DNA of 56,416 nucleotides from contig JAQUBA010000004.1 of assembly GCA_028686985.1 (NCBI GenBank), positions 1 through 56,416 on the forward strand, given 5' to 3'. The position numbers and the translations under genes were made by a program. Positions 9,283 through 18,885 of the stretch are shown one piece after another; the first letter of the stretch is position 1, and each line of letters begins with the position of its first letter. The notes under the pieces were generated by a model. It was not told the DNA's origin and ran no database searches. It saw only the letters and a list, made by a program, of their open reading frames with translations. This DNA is from Candidatus Iainarchaeum sp. (GTDB lineage Archaea > Micrarchaeota > Micrarchaeia > Anstonellales > Bilamarchaeaceae).

Positions 9283-9448
9283 ATCACCCTCGCCTTTACG
9301 TGGGTGTGTCCGTTATGCGGTTAAAAAAAGGGGTGTTGTTCGGTTTTGGATGACACCATGCGCAAAAATCCGTTTTTGCCCCCCCTTCCGGAAAATGGAA
9401 AGGATTTAATCTGTTCAACCCTAATGGTGAGACCTGGGTGATGGTTAT

Positions 9449-10714
9449 ATGGAAAAACTCAAGCGCGCGCGCATCACATCAAGAGGACGGGTGCATGAGG
9501 GGATAATGCTGCCTTCCCCCAAAAAGGAATTCCTCGTGCTCAAGCTGGATTCCGGCTACAATATCGGGATAAGGAAGGAGGGCGCGAAGGTTGAGGAACT
9601 TGGCGAAGTGAAGGTTGAAACCGGTGGGGAAAAGAAAATGGAGACGAAGAAAGGCCGCGGCGACATTGCGATTATTGGGACGGGCGGGACAGTCTCCTCA
9701 AAAGTGGAGTACAAGACCGGCGCCGTCTTTCCATCCACAACTCCGGAGGATTTGGCGAAGAACATACCTGGGCTGGACAAGGTCTGCACATTCCATGCGA
9801 GGGAAGTTTTCGCAATCCTCTCCGAGGACATGACGCCCGCACACTGGTCGGTGGCGGCTGCGGAAATAAAAAAGGAAATAGACGCCGGGGCGAAAGGCGT
9901 GGTCGTGCTCCACGGCACGGACACCATGCATTATACATCCGCTGCATTTTCATTCATGCTGCAGGATTCCCCTGTCCCAATCTATTTGGTTGGCTCGCAG
10001 AGGAGTTCGGACAGGCCGTCCACGGACGCGCGGATAAACATGCTCAACGCGTGCTTCGCGGCTGCTAACGGACCGATGGCTAATGTGGGCATATGCATGC
10101 ACGCGGGGATGGACGACGATGCGTGCGTGATACACCTGGGCACGAAGGCGCGCAAGATGCACACCTCAAGGAGGGATGCGTTCAAGTCCGTGAACGTGCC
10201 GCCGCTTGCGAAGGTGGATTACCGCTCTTCCCTGATTGAGCCATATATGAAATATAAGGAGAGGGGCGGGAAGCTGAAGTTTGACAACCGCGTGAATGAG
10301 AACGTGGCCATGGTCTATACCTATCCGGGGATACATCCGGAATTCGTGGATAAGCTTTCATCTTATGAGGGGATAGTGATTGTGGGGACAGGCATAGGGC
10401 ACGTGCCCACCAATCCCTTCGGGGACAAGCTGGCGAAGAGGATTACTCCTAATTTGAAGGCGCTCGTGGATTCCGGGATTCCGGTGGCGTTCGCATCCCA
10501 GTGCATATTTGGAAGGATAAACATGGATATGTACGCTGCCGGAAGGATGCTTCAGGAAGCGGGTGTGTTCGGGCACCTTGCGGACTGGACGCCGGAATGC
10601 GCGTATGCGAAGATGTGCTGGGTTCTTGGGCACGAGAAGAGAGTGGATAAAGTGAAGGGAGAGATGATGAGGAATATTGCAGGCGAGATTGCGGAAAGGA
10701 GCGAAGTGCTATGA
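9449..10714 (+). CDS. gatD: Glu-tRNA(Gln) amidotransferase subunit D
   Basis: 421 aa. Asparaginase-like motifs IAIIGTGGTVSS and LHGTDTM. ATGA overlap with gatE. GGTGA Shine-Dalgarno-like sequence 8 nt upstream. Confidence 0.9.
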   Translation: MEKLKRARITSRGRVHEGIMLPSPKKEFLVLKLDSGYNIGIRKEGAKVEELGEVKVETGGEKKMETKKGRGDIAIIGTGGTVSSKVEYKTGAVFPSTTPEDLAKNIPGLDKVCTFHAREVFAILSEDMTPAHWSVAAAEIKKEIDAGAKGVVVLHGTDTMHYTSAAFSFMLQDSPVPIYLVGSQRSSDRPSTDARINMLNACFAAANGPMANVGICMHAGMDDDACVIHLGTKARKMHTSRRDAFKSVNVPPLAKVDYRSSLIEPYMKYKERGGKLKFDNRVNENVAMVYTYPGIHPEFVDKLSSYEGIVIVGTGIGHVPTNPFGDKLAKRITPNLKALVDSGIPVAFASQCIFGRINMDMYAAGRMLQEAGVFGHLADWTPECAYAKMCWVLGHEKRVDKVKGEMMRNIAGEIAERSEVL

Positions 10715-12543
10715 AGTGCGGGCTTGAAATCCACCAACGGTTGGATACCGGGAAATTGTTCTGCAGGTGCAGTTCAACCCTTGCAGATACGGAACGCAGC
10801 CCAGAGTACAAACTCAAAAGGAGATTGAGGGCGAGCGCGGGGGAGATGGGCGAGCTGGACATCGCCGCGCGCATGGAGCAGGAAAAGGAAAAGGAATTCC
10901 ATTACGACGGATTTTTTGAGAGCTGCTGCCTCGTGGAGGCGGACGAGGAGCCGCCTTTGGATATGGATGCGGAGGCGCTCCGGATTGTGCTGGGGATTGC
11001 GCAGCAACTGCACATGGACGTGTGCGACGAACTGCACGTGATGAGGAAAATAGTGGTGGACGGGAGCAATACATCCGGATTCCAGCGTACATGCCTCGTG
11101 GCTACGGGCGGATATCTTGAGACGAGCAAGGGGAAAGTGAGGATATCCACGGTTGCGGTGGAAGAGGAGAGCTCCGGGATTGTTGCGGAAGAGGCGCACA
11201 TAAAGCACTACAGGCTGGATAGGCTGGGGATTCCGCTCATTGAATTGGCTACGGAGCCGGACATATTGGATGCGGAGCATTGCAAGGAAACTGCAGAAAA
11301 GATTGGGTTGATTTTGCGGGCGACGGGAAAAGTGGCGCGGGGGATCGGGACCATCCGGCAGGATGTCAACGTTTCAACGGAGAGGGGGGCGCGCGTGGAG
11401 ATAAAGGGCGCGCAGGATTTGAGGACCATTCCGCTCTATGTGCAGAATGAGGTTAAGAGACAGGAGGAATTGCTGCGGGTAATTGGTGAAGTGGGGAAGA
11501 GGATTGGGGACAAGGAAATCAAGCCGAAAGTGGTTGACCTTACGAAAACATTTGCGAAGACGGAATGCGGGCTCATCAAAAAAGGATTGGAAGCTCAAAC
11601 CGGGAAGCCTGGGACGAACATGGGAAAGGCAGAAGGGCTTCACGGTTTGACAGGGGGGCACGTGCTCGGAATAAGATTGGAGGGGCACGAGGGATTGATT
11701 GGGCGCGAACTGGTTCCGGGAAGGAGGTATGGGACGGAATTGAGCGATTACGCGAAGAGCGCCGGAGTGAAGGGAATCATCCATAGCGACGAGGATTTTG
11801 CGAAGTATAAGATTTCTGATGCGGAAAAAGAAGCGGTGCGCAAGGCGCTCGGAGTGAAGAAAGGGGATGCGTTCGCGATGGTCGTGGCGCACAAGACCAC
11901 TGCGGAGCGGGCGCTGCACAGGGTTTTGGAAAGGGCTAACATGCGCCGCGTCCCGGAGGAGACGAGGAAGGCGAACCAGGATGGAACGTCATCTTTCATG
12001 AGGCCGCTCGCGGGGAGGGCGCGCATGTACCCGGAGACGGATTTGCAGACTATAGAGATTACGGATAAGCTGCTTGGGGAAGCGAAGGCCGCTGCGGGCG
12101 GAGGGTTGGAGGAGAAGGAGAAAAAGCTTGGCGGCATCCTGAACCCTGAGATGGCGGGCAGGATGCTCAGGTCAAGGAACCTGCAATTATTTGAGGAACT
12201 GGTTGAGGCGGGCGCGGAGCCGATGCTTGCGGCGGGGACGCTTGAGCAGACGCTTGTGGAATTGAGGCGGGAAGGGCTGGAATTGGCGAGGCCGCGGGAA
12301 CAACTGATGGAGCTGTTTGCGGAGTATGGGAAAGGATTGTTTGTGAAGGCGGCCATTCCGGAAATATTGCGCGGGATGTGCGGCGGGAAGAAAGTGCGCG
12401 AGGCTGCGAAGGGAATGGAACGGATTTCCGGCGCGGAACTGGGGAAACTCATAAAGGAAAAGAAGGACTTTGGAGCCATAATGAGGGAGTACCGGCTTCG
12501 GGTGGACGCGGGCGAGCTGAAGAAGGCGATGGAAGGCAAATAG
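10711..12543 (+). CDS. gatE: Glu-tRNA(Gln) amidotransferase subunit E
   Basis: 610 aa. GatB/E-type N-terminus MKCGLEIHQRLDTGKLFCRC. Immediately downstream of gatD and translationally coupled to it. Confidence 0.9.
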   Translation: MKCGLEIHQRLDTGKLFCRCSSTLADTERSPEYKLKRRLRASAGEMGELDIAARMEQEKEKEFHYDGFFESCCLVEADEEPPLDMDAEALRIVLGIAQQLHMDVCDELHVMRKIVVDGSNTSGFQRTCLVATGGYLETSKGKVRISTVAVEEESSGIVAEEAHIKHYRLDRLGIPLIELATEPDILDAEHCKETAEKIGLILRATGKVARGIGTIRQDVNVSTERGARVEIKGAQDLRTIPLYVQNEVKRQEELLRVIGEVGKRIGDKEIKPKVVDLTKTFAKTECGLIKKGLEAQTGKPGTNMGKAEGLHGLTGGHVLGIRLEGHEGLIGRELVPGRRYGTELSDYAKSAGVKGIIHSDEDFAKYKISDAEKEAVRKALGVKKGDAFAMVVAHKTTAERALHRVLERANMRRVPEETRKANQDGTSSFMRPLAGRARMYPETDLQTIEITDKLLGEAKAAAGGGLEEKEKKLGGILNPEMAGRMLRSRNLQLFEELVEAGAEPMLAAGTLEQTLVELRREGLELARPREQLMELFAEYGKGLFVKAAIPEILRGMCGGKKVREAAKGMERISGAELGKLIKEKKDFGAIMREYRLRVDAGELKKAMEGK

Positions 12544-12594
12544 AAATCCTTTAAAAAGACGTCTAGGAAACTATTAAGTTCAACGGTAGATAAC

Positions 12595-13068
12595 ATGAAG
12601 AAGACGATTGATGCGATTGTTGAAGGCGGAAAGGCAACCTCGGGCCCGCCGCTCGGCCCGGCGCTCGGCCCCATGGGCATAAACGCCGGCCAGGTTGTCG
12701 CGAAGATAAACGAGATGACCAAGGCATTCTCCGGGATGAAGGTCCCGGTGAAGGTCACCGTCAACACGGACGACAAGTCCTTTGAGGTCCACGTGGGCAG
12801 CCCGCCCACCTCCGAGCTCGTGAAGAAGGAGGCGGGGATAGAGAAGGGCGGCGCGAACGCCGAGGCGCCCGCAGGCAACATCTCATTTGAGGGGCTCGTT
12901 AAGATTGCGAAGGGAAAGAAGATGAATTCCCTGGGCAAGAGCCTGAAGGACGTCGCGAAGGAGGTCGCGGGCACGTGCAAGAGCCTTGGAGTGACCATAG
13001 ACGGGAAGGACCCGAAGGAAGCCATGCGTGAGATTGACGGCGGGAAGCACGATTCTGTGCTGAAGTGA
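12595..13068 (+). CDS. rpl11: Ribosomal protein uL11
   Basis: 157 aa. GGKATSGPPLGPALGPMGINAGQVVAKINE is the classic L11 N-domain. TATA-like TTTAAAAA lies about 40 nt upstream. Confidence 0.9.
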   Translation: MKKTIDAIVEGGKATSGPPLGPALGPMGINAGQVVAKINEMTKAFSGMKVPVKVTVNTDDKSFEVHVGSPPTSELVKKEAGIEKGGANAEAPAGNISFEGLVKIAKGKKMNSLGKSLKDVAKEVAGTCKSLGVTIDGKDPKEAMREIDGGKHDSVLK

Positions 13069-13072
13069 GCAA

Positions 13073-14635
13073 ATGAGGGGCACACTCCCGCTGCTACTGC
13101 TCCTTTCCATCCTTTCACTCTCATTCGCAGGCGAACTGTGGAGCTACAGGGTGGACGGGGCGGCGACCGCGCGCCCCGCGGTGATAGGGGACAACGCGGT
13201 GGTGGGCACGGAGAACGGCGCGGTCTATGCACTGAGCCAGGGGCAGGTGAGATGGACGCAGAGGTTCAACGGGAGCGTATCCGCGGTCGCCGCAATGGGC
13301 GACAGGGCGGTTGTCGCGGCCGGCAACAGGGTTTATGCAATCGGGCCGACCGGCTCAATCCTCTGGAACTCGGATGCGCGCGGGGTGCGGGGGATATCGG
13401 CATCGGACAAGGTCTATGTTTCTTATGATGCGGGCATAAAGGCGCTGGACGACCGTGGCCAGCTCTCATGGTTCTACAACGTTACGCTGCCAACCGAGCC
13501 GTCCTCGGAAGCTGCGGGATACGTGGTGTTCGGCAGCGGCAACAAGATAGTGGCGCTCAGGAGCGACGGCCAGAAGTTCTGGGAACAGGAGGTGGGCCCG
13601 TCCTGGGACGTGGCGCCGCTGGTATGGTCGGGCACCGTTTTTGCCGGGACTTCCGAAGGGAAGTTGTATTCCATAAACCTCTATACCGGGCAGGTCCTCT
13701 GGGAATACCGCGCTGGCGACATGATAACTACGACGCCGGCGCATGCGGGCGCATACATAATCTTCGGGACCGCCGGCGGGAACGTATACGCGGTCAATAA
13801 CGGGGAGCTTATATGGGGGGCGAAAGTGGATGGGATGGCCAACGGAAAGATACTCATAGACGGGAACGTCGCATACCTCTCCACGAGGAAGAGCCTTTAT
13901 GCTATCAATGTGGCGGACGGCGGCATCATTATGCGCAGGCAGTTCGTTGACTGGCCCAGCCCGCCGGCGCTTTCTGGCGGGGCGGTCGTGCTCGGCACCG
14001 CGGAAGGGAGGGTTTATGCAATAGATTCATCAAGGGGATGCGGCTTCGTATTCCCGGAGCCGGATTCCGTGGTTGGGGATGCGGACGTGGCGGTCCGCGG
14101 GAGCAGTTTTTCCAAATACGGCGGCGTGAAGACTTACCTGCGGCTTAACGGAGGGGAATGGAGTGAGGTGGGCGGGGAGGAATGGGGATACGCCCTTAAC
14201 CCCTCTGCGTTCCCGTTCGGTGTCATAACAATGGAATGCTATGTTTCGGATTCTTCCGGGCTGGAAGCCGCGCCTTTCAGCTCAATCACGCTCATAAAAG
14301 GCGAGGTGGCGAAGCAGCTCATGCGCGTCCAGTATCCCAGCACCGCGAAGGAGGGCGAGCCCTTCACGATAATTGTGGTGGGGATGGACGGCCATCCGCT
14401 GGATGATGTGAGCGCCACGATGGGCGGGCAGGCATTTGAGGGCAGCGGCGAGATAACGATTACGCCCGGCGTGAGCGGCAGGCAGGAAGTGGCTGTTTCA
14501 AAGAGGGGCTACGAGGATGCGGAATTCGCAGTTGAGGTGAAGCCGCAGCCGACGCTTGCATACGTGGCGGCTGCGGTATTCCTGCTGGCTGCCGCCGGCT
14601 ATGCCTATTTCGGGTATATTAAAATTAAAAAATAG
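13073..14635 (+). CDS. Secreted PQQ-like beta-propeller repeat protein with C-terminal TM anchor
   Basis: 520 aa. Signal peptide MRGTLPLLLLLSILSLSFAG. Repeated blades (AVYALSQGQVRW, VYAIGPTGSILW, KLYSINLYTGQVLW, NVYAVNNGELIW). C-terminal TM AYVAAAVFLLAAAGYAYFGYIKIKK. Starts 4 nt after the uL11 stop. Confidence 0.75.
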   Translation: MRGTLPLLLLLSILSLSFAGELWSYRVDGAATARPAVIGDNAVVGTENGAVYALSQGQVRWTQRFNGSVSAVAAMGDRAVVAAGNRVYAIGPTGSILWNSDARGVRGISASDKVYVSYDAGIKALDDRGQLSWFYNVTLPTEPSSEAAGYVVFGSGNKIVALRSDGQKFWEQEVGPSWDVAPLVWSGTVFAGTSEGKLYSINLYTGQVLWEYRAGDMITTTPAHAGAYIIFGTAGGNVYAVNNGELIWGAKVDGMANGKILIDGNVAYLSTRKSLYAINVADGGIIMRRQFVDWPSPPALSGGAVVLGTAEGRVYAIDSSRGCGFVFPEPDSVVGDADVAVRGSSFSKYGGVKTYLRLNGGEWSEVGGEEWGYALNPSAFPFGVITMECYVSDSSGLEAAPFSSITLIKGEVAKQLMRVQYPSTAKEGEPFTIIVVGMDGHPLDDVSATMGGQAFEGSGEITITPGVSGRQEVAVSKRGYEDAEFAVEVKPQPTLAYVAAAVFLLAAAGYAYFGYIKIKK

Positions 14636-14648
14636 AAAGCGGGCGCGC

Positions 14649-14903
14649 TCAGAGCTCTACCCTGTCCACGGAGGTCACCTGGACCTGGCTGACTCCCGCT
14701 ATCGCCGCTATCTTCTCTTCAATCGCGTCCACCCCGGCCGCCTCGTCCATGAGGAAGCGGATGGAAAGCGCCTTCACCCCGAAGCCGATGTCCTCGTCCT
14801 TGGATTCAACGACCTGCACTATTTCGGAAACCGCGGCCTTTATCGCATCCAGCCCGGAGGGGTCCTCCGGGAATACCTTGAGCGTTACTGATACCTTTGC
14901 CAT
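14649..14903 (-). CDS. Elongation factor 1-beta (aEF-1beta)
   Basis: ATG at 14903 (MAKVSVTLKVFPEDPSGLDAIKAAV...). Length and sequence pattern match the archaeal EF-1beta family. Confidence 0.85.
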   Translation of the reverse strand: MAKVSVTLKVFPEDPSGLDAIKAAVSEIVQVVESKDEDIGFGVKALSIRFLMDEAAGVDAIEEKIAAIAGVSQVQVTSVDRVEL

Positions 14904-14907
14904 TTCA

Positions 14908-15054
14908 TCACGGCCCCTCAAATCCGCAGCTGCTCTTGTAGGGGTTCCTTATCTCCCTGCAGTGGTTGCATCTCACTATCATTTCTGAGCATTGGGGGCA
15001 CGGGAATTCCGCGTAATCCTTCGCCAGCCTTCCGCATGTTGAGCATCTTTTCAT
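14908..15054 (-). CDS. Small zinc-ribbon protein (COG2888-like; usual neighbour of aEF-1beta)
   Basis: Not in the ORF track (48 aa). My hand translation: MKRCSTCGRLAKDYAEFPCPQCSEMIVRCNHCREIRNPYKSSCGFEGP. It has four CxxC pairs. Its stop is 4 nt upstream of the aEF-1beta start. Confidence 0.75.
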   Translation of the reverse strand: MKRCSTCGRLAKDYAEFPCPQCSEMIVRCNHCREIRNPYKSSCGFEGP

Positions 15055-15107
15055 TTATTCACCTAATTTTATGCTAAAAAGTATAATGAAGTTGGTGGGA
15101 TATCTTT

Positions 15108-15980
15108 TTAAGCCTGCTTCCTGCGCCTTCGTGGGGGCGCGGTCGCCTGTGGCTCCGCCTTCGCCCTCTCCGCGAGCTCCACAAGGTTTTCCATCAGCAT
15201 CATCACGGTGAGGGGGCCCACGCCCCCCGGGACCGGAGTGACGCTCGCCTTTCTGCTCACGGGGTCAAAATCCACGTCCCCCACCATCTTGGCGCCCAGC
15301 TTGGTGGTGCCAACGTCTATTATGTTCGCCCCCTCCTTCACCATGTCCGACTTTATGAGGTAGGGGCTGCCCACTGCCACCACCAGTATGTCCGCCTTCC
15401 TTGTGTGCTCGGCGAGGTTTTTCGTCTTGCTGTGGCAGAGCGTAACTGTTGCATTGCGGTTGGTAAGGAGATATGAGATTGGCTTGCCGACCATGCCGCT
15501 CCTGCCTACAACGACCGCTTCCGCGCCGGCGACTTGTATTTTATAATAATCAATGAGGCGCATTATGCCCTTGGGCGTGGCGGATACGGTTGCGGGGCTT
15601 CCCTGCGCGAGCATTCCCAGGTTGAGCGGGTGAAGGCCGTCCGCATCCTTCCTAGCGTCTATGGCGGCGATGATTTTGAGTGGATTTATCTGCTTCGGGA
15701 GAGGGAGCTGCACGATGAAGCCGTGCACGGACTTGTCCGCGTCCAGCTTTCCTATGAGCGAAAGGAGCTCTTCCTCGCTTGTGCTCTCGGACAGGTGGTG
15801 CAGCCTCCCCCTTATGCCTATGTCGCCCGCCTTGTTCAGCTTCTTTTCCACGTACGTGCGCGAGGCGGGGTCGTCCCCCACCATCACGATGTCAAGGCCG
15901 GGCGTGAAGCCGAGTGCATCCACCCTCTTCTTGAGCCCCTCCTCTATTTCGGCGGCGAGCGCCTTCCCAGAGAGTATCAT
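15108..15980 (-). CDS. folD: Bifunctional methylene-THF dehydrogenase / methenyl-THF cyclohydrolase
   Basis: 290 aa. VVGRSGMVGKPI Rossmann loop and PVPGGVGPLTV motif. Confidence 0.9.
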   Translation of the reverse strand: MILSGKALAAEIEEGLKKRVDALGFTPGLDIVMVGDDPASRTYVEKKLNKAGDIGIRGRLHHLSESTSEEELLSLIGKLDADKSVHGFIVQLPLPKQINPLKIIAAIDARKDADGLHPLNLGMLAQGSPATVSATPKGIMRLIDYYKIQVAGAEAVVVGRSGMVGKPISYLLTNRNATVTLCHSKTKNLAEHTRKADILVVAVGSPYLIKSDMVKEGANIIDVGTTKLGAKMVGDVDFDPVSRKASVTPVPGGVGPLTVMMLMENLVELAERAKAEPQATAPPRRRRKQA

Positions 15981-15986
15981 ACGCTT

Positions 15987-17231
15987 CTATGCCCTGTAAT
16001 CTTTATATATCGGGAACCTGGAGCAGAGCGCGAGCGCCTCCTTCCGTATGGAAGCGAGCGTGTCCGCGTTGTCCTTGCCCTTCAGCGCCTTCATGAGGAG
16101 GGCGGCAATCTCCTTCATCTCGCTCTCCTTCATCCCGCGCGTGGTCATGGCGGGGGTGCCCAGCCTTATGCCGCTCGCGATGAACGGCTTCTGCGTATCG
16201 TACGGTATTGTGTTGCGGTTGCAGATTATGCCCGCGCGCTCAAGGACCGTCTGCGCGTCCTTGCCGGTTATGCCCAGCGAGGTAAGGTCCACGAGGACCA
16301 TGTGGTTGTCCGTGCCCCCGGATACGAGGCGCAGCCCGTGCGAGTTCAGCTCATCCGCAAGCGTTTTGGAATTCTTCACGACCTGGTGCGCGTACTCTAT
16401 GAAATCAGGCTGCATCGCGTTGTGGAAGCAGACGGCCTTCGCGGCGGTGACGTGGTCCAGCGGGCCGCCCTGCGCCCCCGGAAAAACGGCCTTGTCTACC
16501 TTCTGGGCTAGGTCCGCCTTGCACATGATGATTGCGCCGCGCGGGCCCCTCAGGGTTTTGTGCGTGGTCGTAGTAATTACGTCCGCATATTTGGCTGGCG
16601 AGACGTGCGCGCCTCCCGCAATCAGCCCCGCTATATGGGAGATGTCCGCGAGCAGGAATGCTCCGCACGCGTCCGCAATCTCGCGGAACCTGTCAAAATG
16701 CACGGTGCGCGGGTATGCCGTGTATCCGCATACGATTACCTTCGGCTTCTGCTCCACCGCCTGCTTCTTTATGGTGTCGTAATCAAGCATCTCGCTCTTC
16801 CTGTCCACCGCGTAGCTCACAACCTTGTAGGTCTTGCCCGAGAAATTCACGGGCGAGCCGTGGGTGAGGTGGCCGCCCTGGGAAAGCTCCATGCCCATGA
16901 GCGTGTCCCCGGCCTCCATAAGCGCGGCGTAGGCGCAGTAGTTGGCCGTGGAGCCGGAATGGGGCTGCACGTTGGCGTGATCCGCCCCGAAGAGCTTCTT
17001 GGCGCGGTCTATCGCCAGGTTCTCCACCTGGTCTATGAATTCGTTGCCCCCATAATACCTCTTGCCTGGGTAGCCCTCGGAGTATTTGTTCGTGAGGACG
17101 GAACCCGTGGCCTCAAGGACCTCCACGGGCGCGTAGTTCTCGGAGGCGATGAGGTCCACGCATTCCCGCTGCCTGGCGAGCTCCTTTTCAACCAGCGAAT
17201 GGATTTCCGGATCCCTTTCCCTCAGTGACAT
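15987..17231 (-). CDS. glyA: Serine hydroxymethyltransferase
   Basis: PLP-lysine motif TTTTHKTLRGPRG. I prefer the ATG at 17231 (MSLRERDPEIH) because the TATA-like box at 17261-17267 would be only 6 nt from the track start at 17255. Confidence 0.9.
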   Translation of the reverse strand: MSLRERDPEIHSLVEKELARQRECVDLIASENYAPVEVLEATGSVLTNKYSEGYPGKRYYGGNEFIDQVENLAIDRAKKLFGADHANVQPHSGSTANYCAYAALMEAGDTLMGMELSQGGHLTHGSPVNFSGKTYKVVSYAVDRKSEMLDYDTIKKQAVEQKPKVIVCGYTAYPRTVHFDRFREIADACGAFLLADISHIAGLIAGGAHVSPAKYADVITTTTHKTLRGPRGAIIMCKADLAQKVDKAVFPGAQGGPLDHVTAAKAVCFHNAMQPDFIEYAHQVVKNSKTLADELNSHGLRLVSGGTDNHMVLVDLTSLGITGKDAQTVLERAGIICNRNTIPYDTQKPFIASGIRLGTPAMTTRGMKESEMKEIAALLMKALKGKDNADTLASIRKEALALCSRFPIYKDYRA

Positions 17232-17260
17232 GAAACCACAGGCGGATTTCTGCACGAACC

Positions 17261-17267
17261 TTTAAAA
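17261..17267. promoter_or_regulatory. TATA-like box between divergent glyA and the MscS gene
   Basis: TTTAAAA lies 23-29 nt upstream of the ATG at 17290 and about 30 nt from the glyA ATG at 17231. Confidence 0.5.
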
Positions 17268-17289
17268 CGATTCCATACCAAATGCCTGC

Positions 17290-18420
17290 ATGGCTTACCT
17301 AGATGAGGCTTATTCGTTCCTGCTCGGGCTGCCGGGTGGGCAGATAACGCTTGCATTGGCCGTTTTCGTGGTCTCCGCGTTCGTGCTGTACTATGCGGTG
17401 ATGGTGCTGATAGCGCTGTTCAAGAAGCTCAGCTCAAAGACCAAGACCACGCTGGACGACATACTCGCGGACAAGGTGAGGCGGCCGATGAAGATTATTT
17501 CTATCGTGGTTGCAGCTTTCCTCGCGGCGGGGGCGGCTTATCCCGATGCGGTTGTCTGGGGGCATTCCACATTTGAGATATTCAAGGTACTGCTGATGTT
17601 CTGCGCGGTCATCCTCATAGACGCAATCGTGGACGGGCTGATGATGTGGTACGGCAAGGAGATTGCGCCGAAGACGTCCAGCAAGTTTGACGACGAAATC
17701 TTTCCCCTGTTCAGGAAAATCGCGCGCGTGCTGATATACGTGCTGGGGCTGCTCATAATACTGAGCGAGCTGGGGGTGGAGATTGCGCCGCTGATTGCGG
17801 GGCTGGGGATTGCCGGCCTGGCCGTGGCGCTCGCGCTGCAGGACACGCTCGGGAATTTCTTCGCTGGGGTGTACATGACTGCGGACAAGCCCATCCGCCC
17901 CAACGACTACATAAAGCTGGACGGGACCGAGGTGGAGGGAACGGTCGTGGAGGTGGGCTGGAGGAGCACAAAGATACTCACGCTTGCGAACAACTATGTT
18001 TTTGTGCCGAATTCAAAGATGGCGCAGACCATAATCACAAACTTTTACAGCCCGGAGACGCGCATGGGGTACGTGATGGACTTCACCGCAAGCTATGACG
18101 ACGAGCCTGAGAAGGTGGTGGAGGCGCTCCTTGAGGCGGCGAAGGAAGTGGAGAAAAAGACCGGGAAGATACGGGCTGAAGTGGGCCCCAACTGGGCGCG
18201 GGCCGATTCCTTCGGGGACAGCGCGGTGAATTACAAGGTAGGCGTGCAGGTCGCCACCTACGTGGACAGGTACGCGGTGAAGGGAGAGATGGTGAGGGAG
18301 GTTTACCACCAATTCAAGAAGAGGGGCATAAGCATACCTTACCCGATAAGGACTGTTTACCTGAAAGGGAATGAAGGGGAGAAAAAGGAAATAAGAATAA
18401 AGAAGGGAAGGGGGGCGTAG
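17290..18420 (+). CDS. MscS-family mechanosensitive channel
   Basis: 376 aa. N-terminal TM helices, then LALQDTLGNFFAGVYMTADKPIRPNDYIKLDG.EGTVVEVGWRSTKI (pore helix plus beta domain). Confidence 0.85.
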   Translation: MAYLDEAYSFLLGLPGGQITLALAVFVVSAFVLYYAVMVLIALFKKLSSKTKTTLDDILADKVRRPMKIISIVVAAFLAAGAAYPDAVVWGHSTFEIFKVLLMFCAVILIDAIVDGLMMWYGKEIAPKTSSKFDDEIFPLFRKIARVLIYVLGLLIILSELGVEIAPLIAGLGIAGLAVALALQDTLGNFFAGVYMTADKPIRPNDYIKLDGTEVEGTVVEVGWRSTKILTLANNYVFVPNSKMAQTIITNFYSPETRMGYVMDFTASYDDEPEKVVEALLEAAKEVEKKTGKIRAEVGPNWARADSFGDSAVNYKVGVQVATYVDRYAVKGEMVREVYHQFKKRGISIPYPIRTVYLKGNEGEKKEIRIKKGRGA

Positions 18421-18423
18421 AAA

Positions 18424-18876
18424 TTAGTCTTCCGCGCCCGCCTTCTTGAAGAGCTTCACTATCTTGGTTTTGATGGTGGTCGGGATTGGCACCGCCATCT
18501 CAACGAACTCCACCACGAGCTCATCCTTGTTCTCGTTCACCTTGGTCACGCGGGCCTTCTCGCCCTTGAACGGGCCGCTCTTTATCTCCACCGTGTCGCC
18601 CACTTCCACGACCATGGAGGCCGGCTTCTCAACCGTGACCATCTTCTGTATTTCCTCTATGGTGATGGTCTTCTTGAGCATGCCCTTCACGTGCCTGGTG
18701 TTGTGCGCGAGCTTCGCAGCGTCCTCGTCGCTTGCGACCTCCACGAACACGTAGCCCTTCACGTTCTCCGGAACCAGGAGGGAATAGACCGCGAGGCGCT
18801 GCACCCGCGCCTTCTTTTCCAGCATCTGCGAAACGATTTTTTCCTGCCCGGTTGTCACCCTGAATATGTATATCAT
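18424..18876 (-). CDS. spt5: Transcription elongation factor Spt5 (NusG)
   Basis: The track start at 18885 is GTG, so I use the ATG at 18876 (MIYIFRVTTGQEKIV). NGN domain plus KOW motif GDTVEIKSGPFKGEKARVTKV. Confidence 0.85.
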   Translation of the reverse strand: MIYIFRVTTGQEKIVSQMLEKKARVQRLAVYSLLVPENVKGYVFVEVASDEDAAKLAHNTRHVKGMLKKTITIEEIQKMVTVEKPASMVVEVGDTVEIKSGPFKGEKARVTKVNENKDELVVEFVEMAVPIPTTIKTKIVKLFKKAGAED

Positions 18877-18885
18877 GCATGCCAC

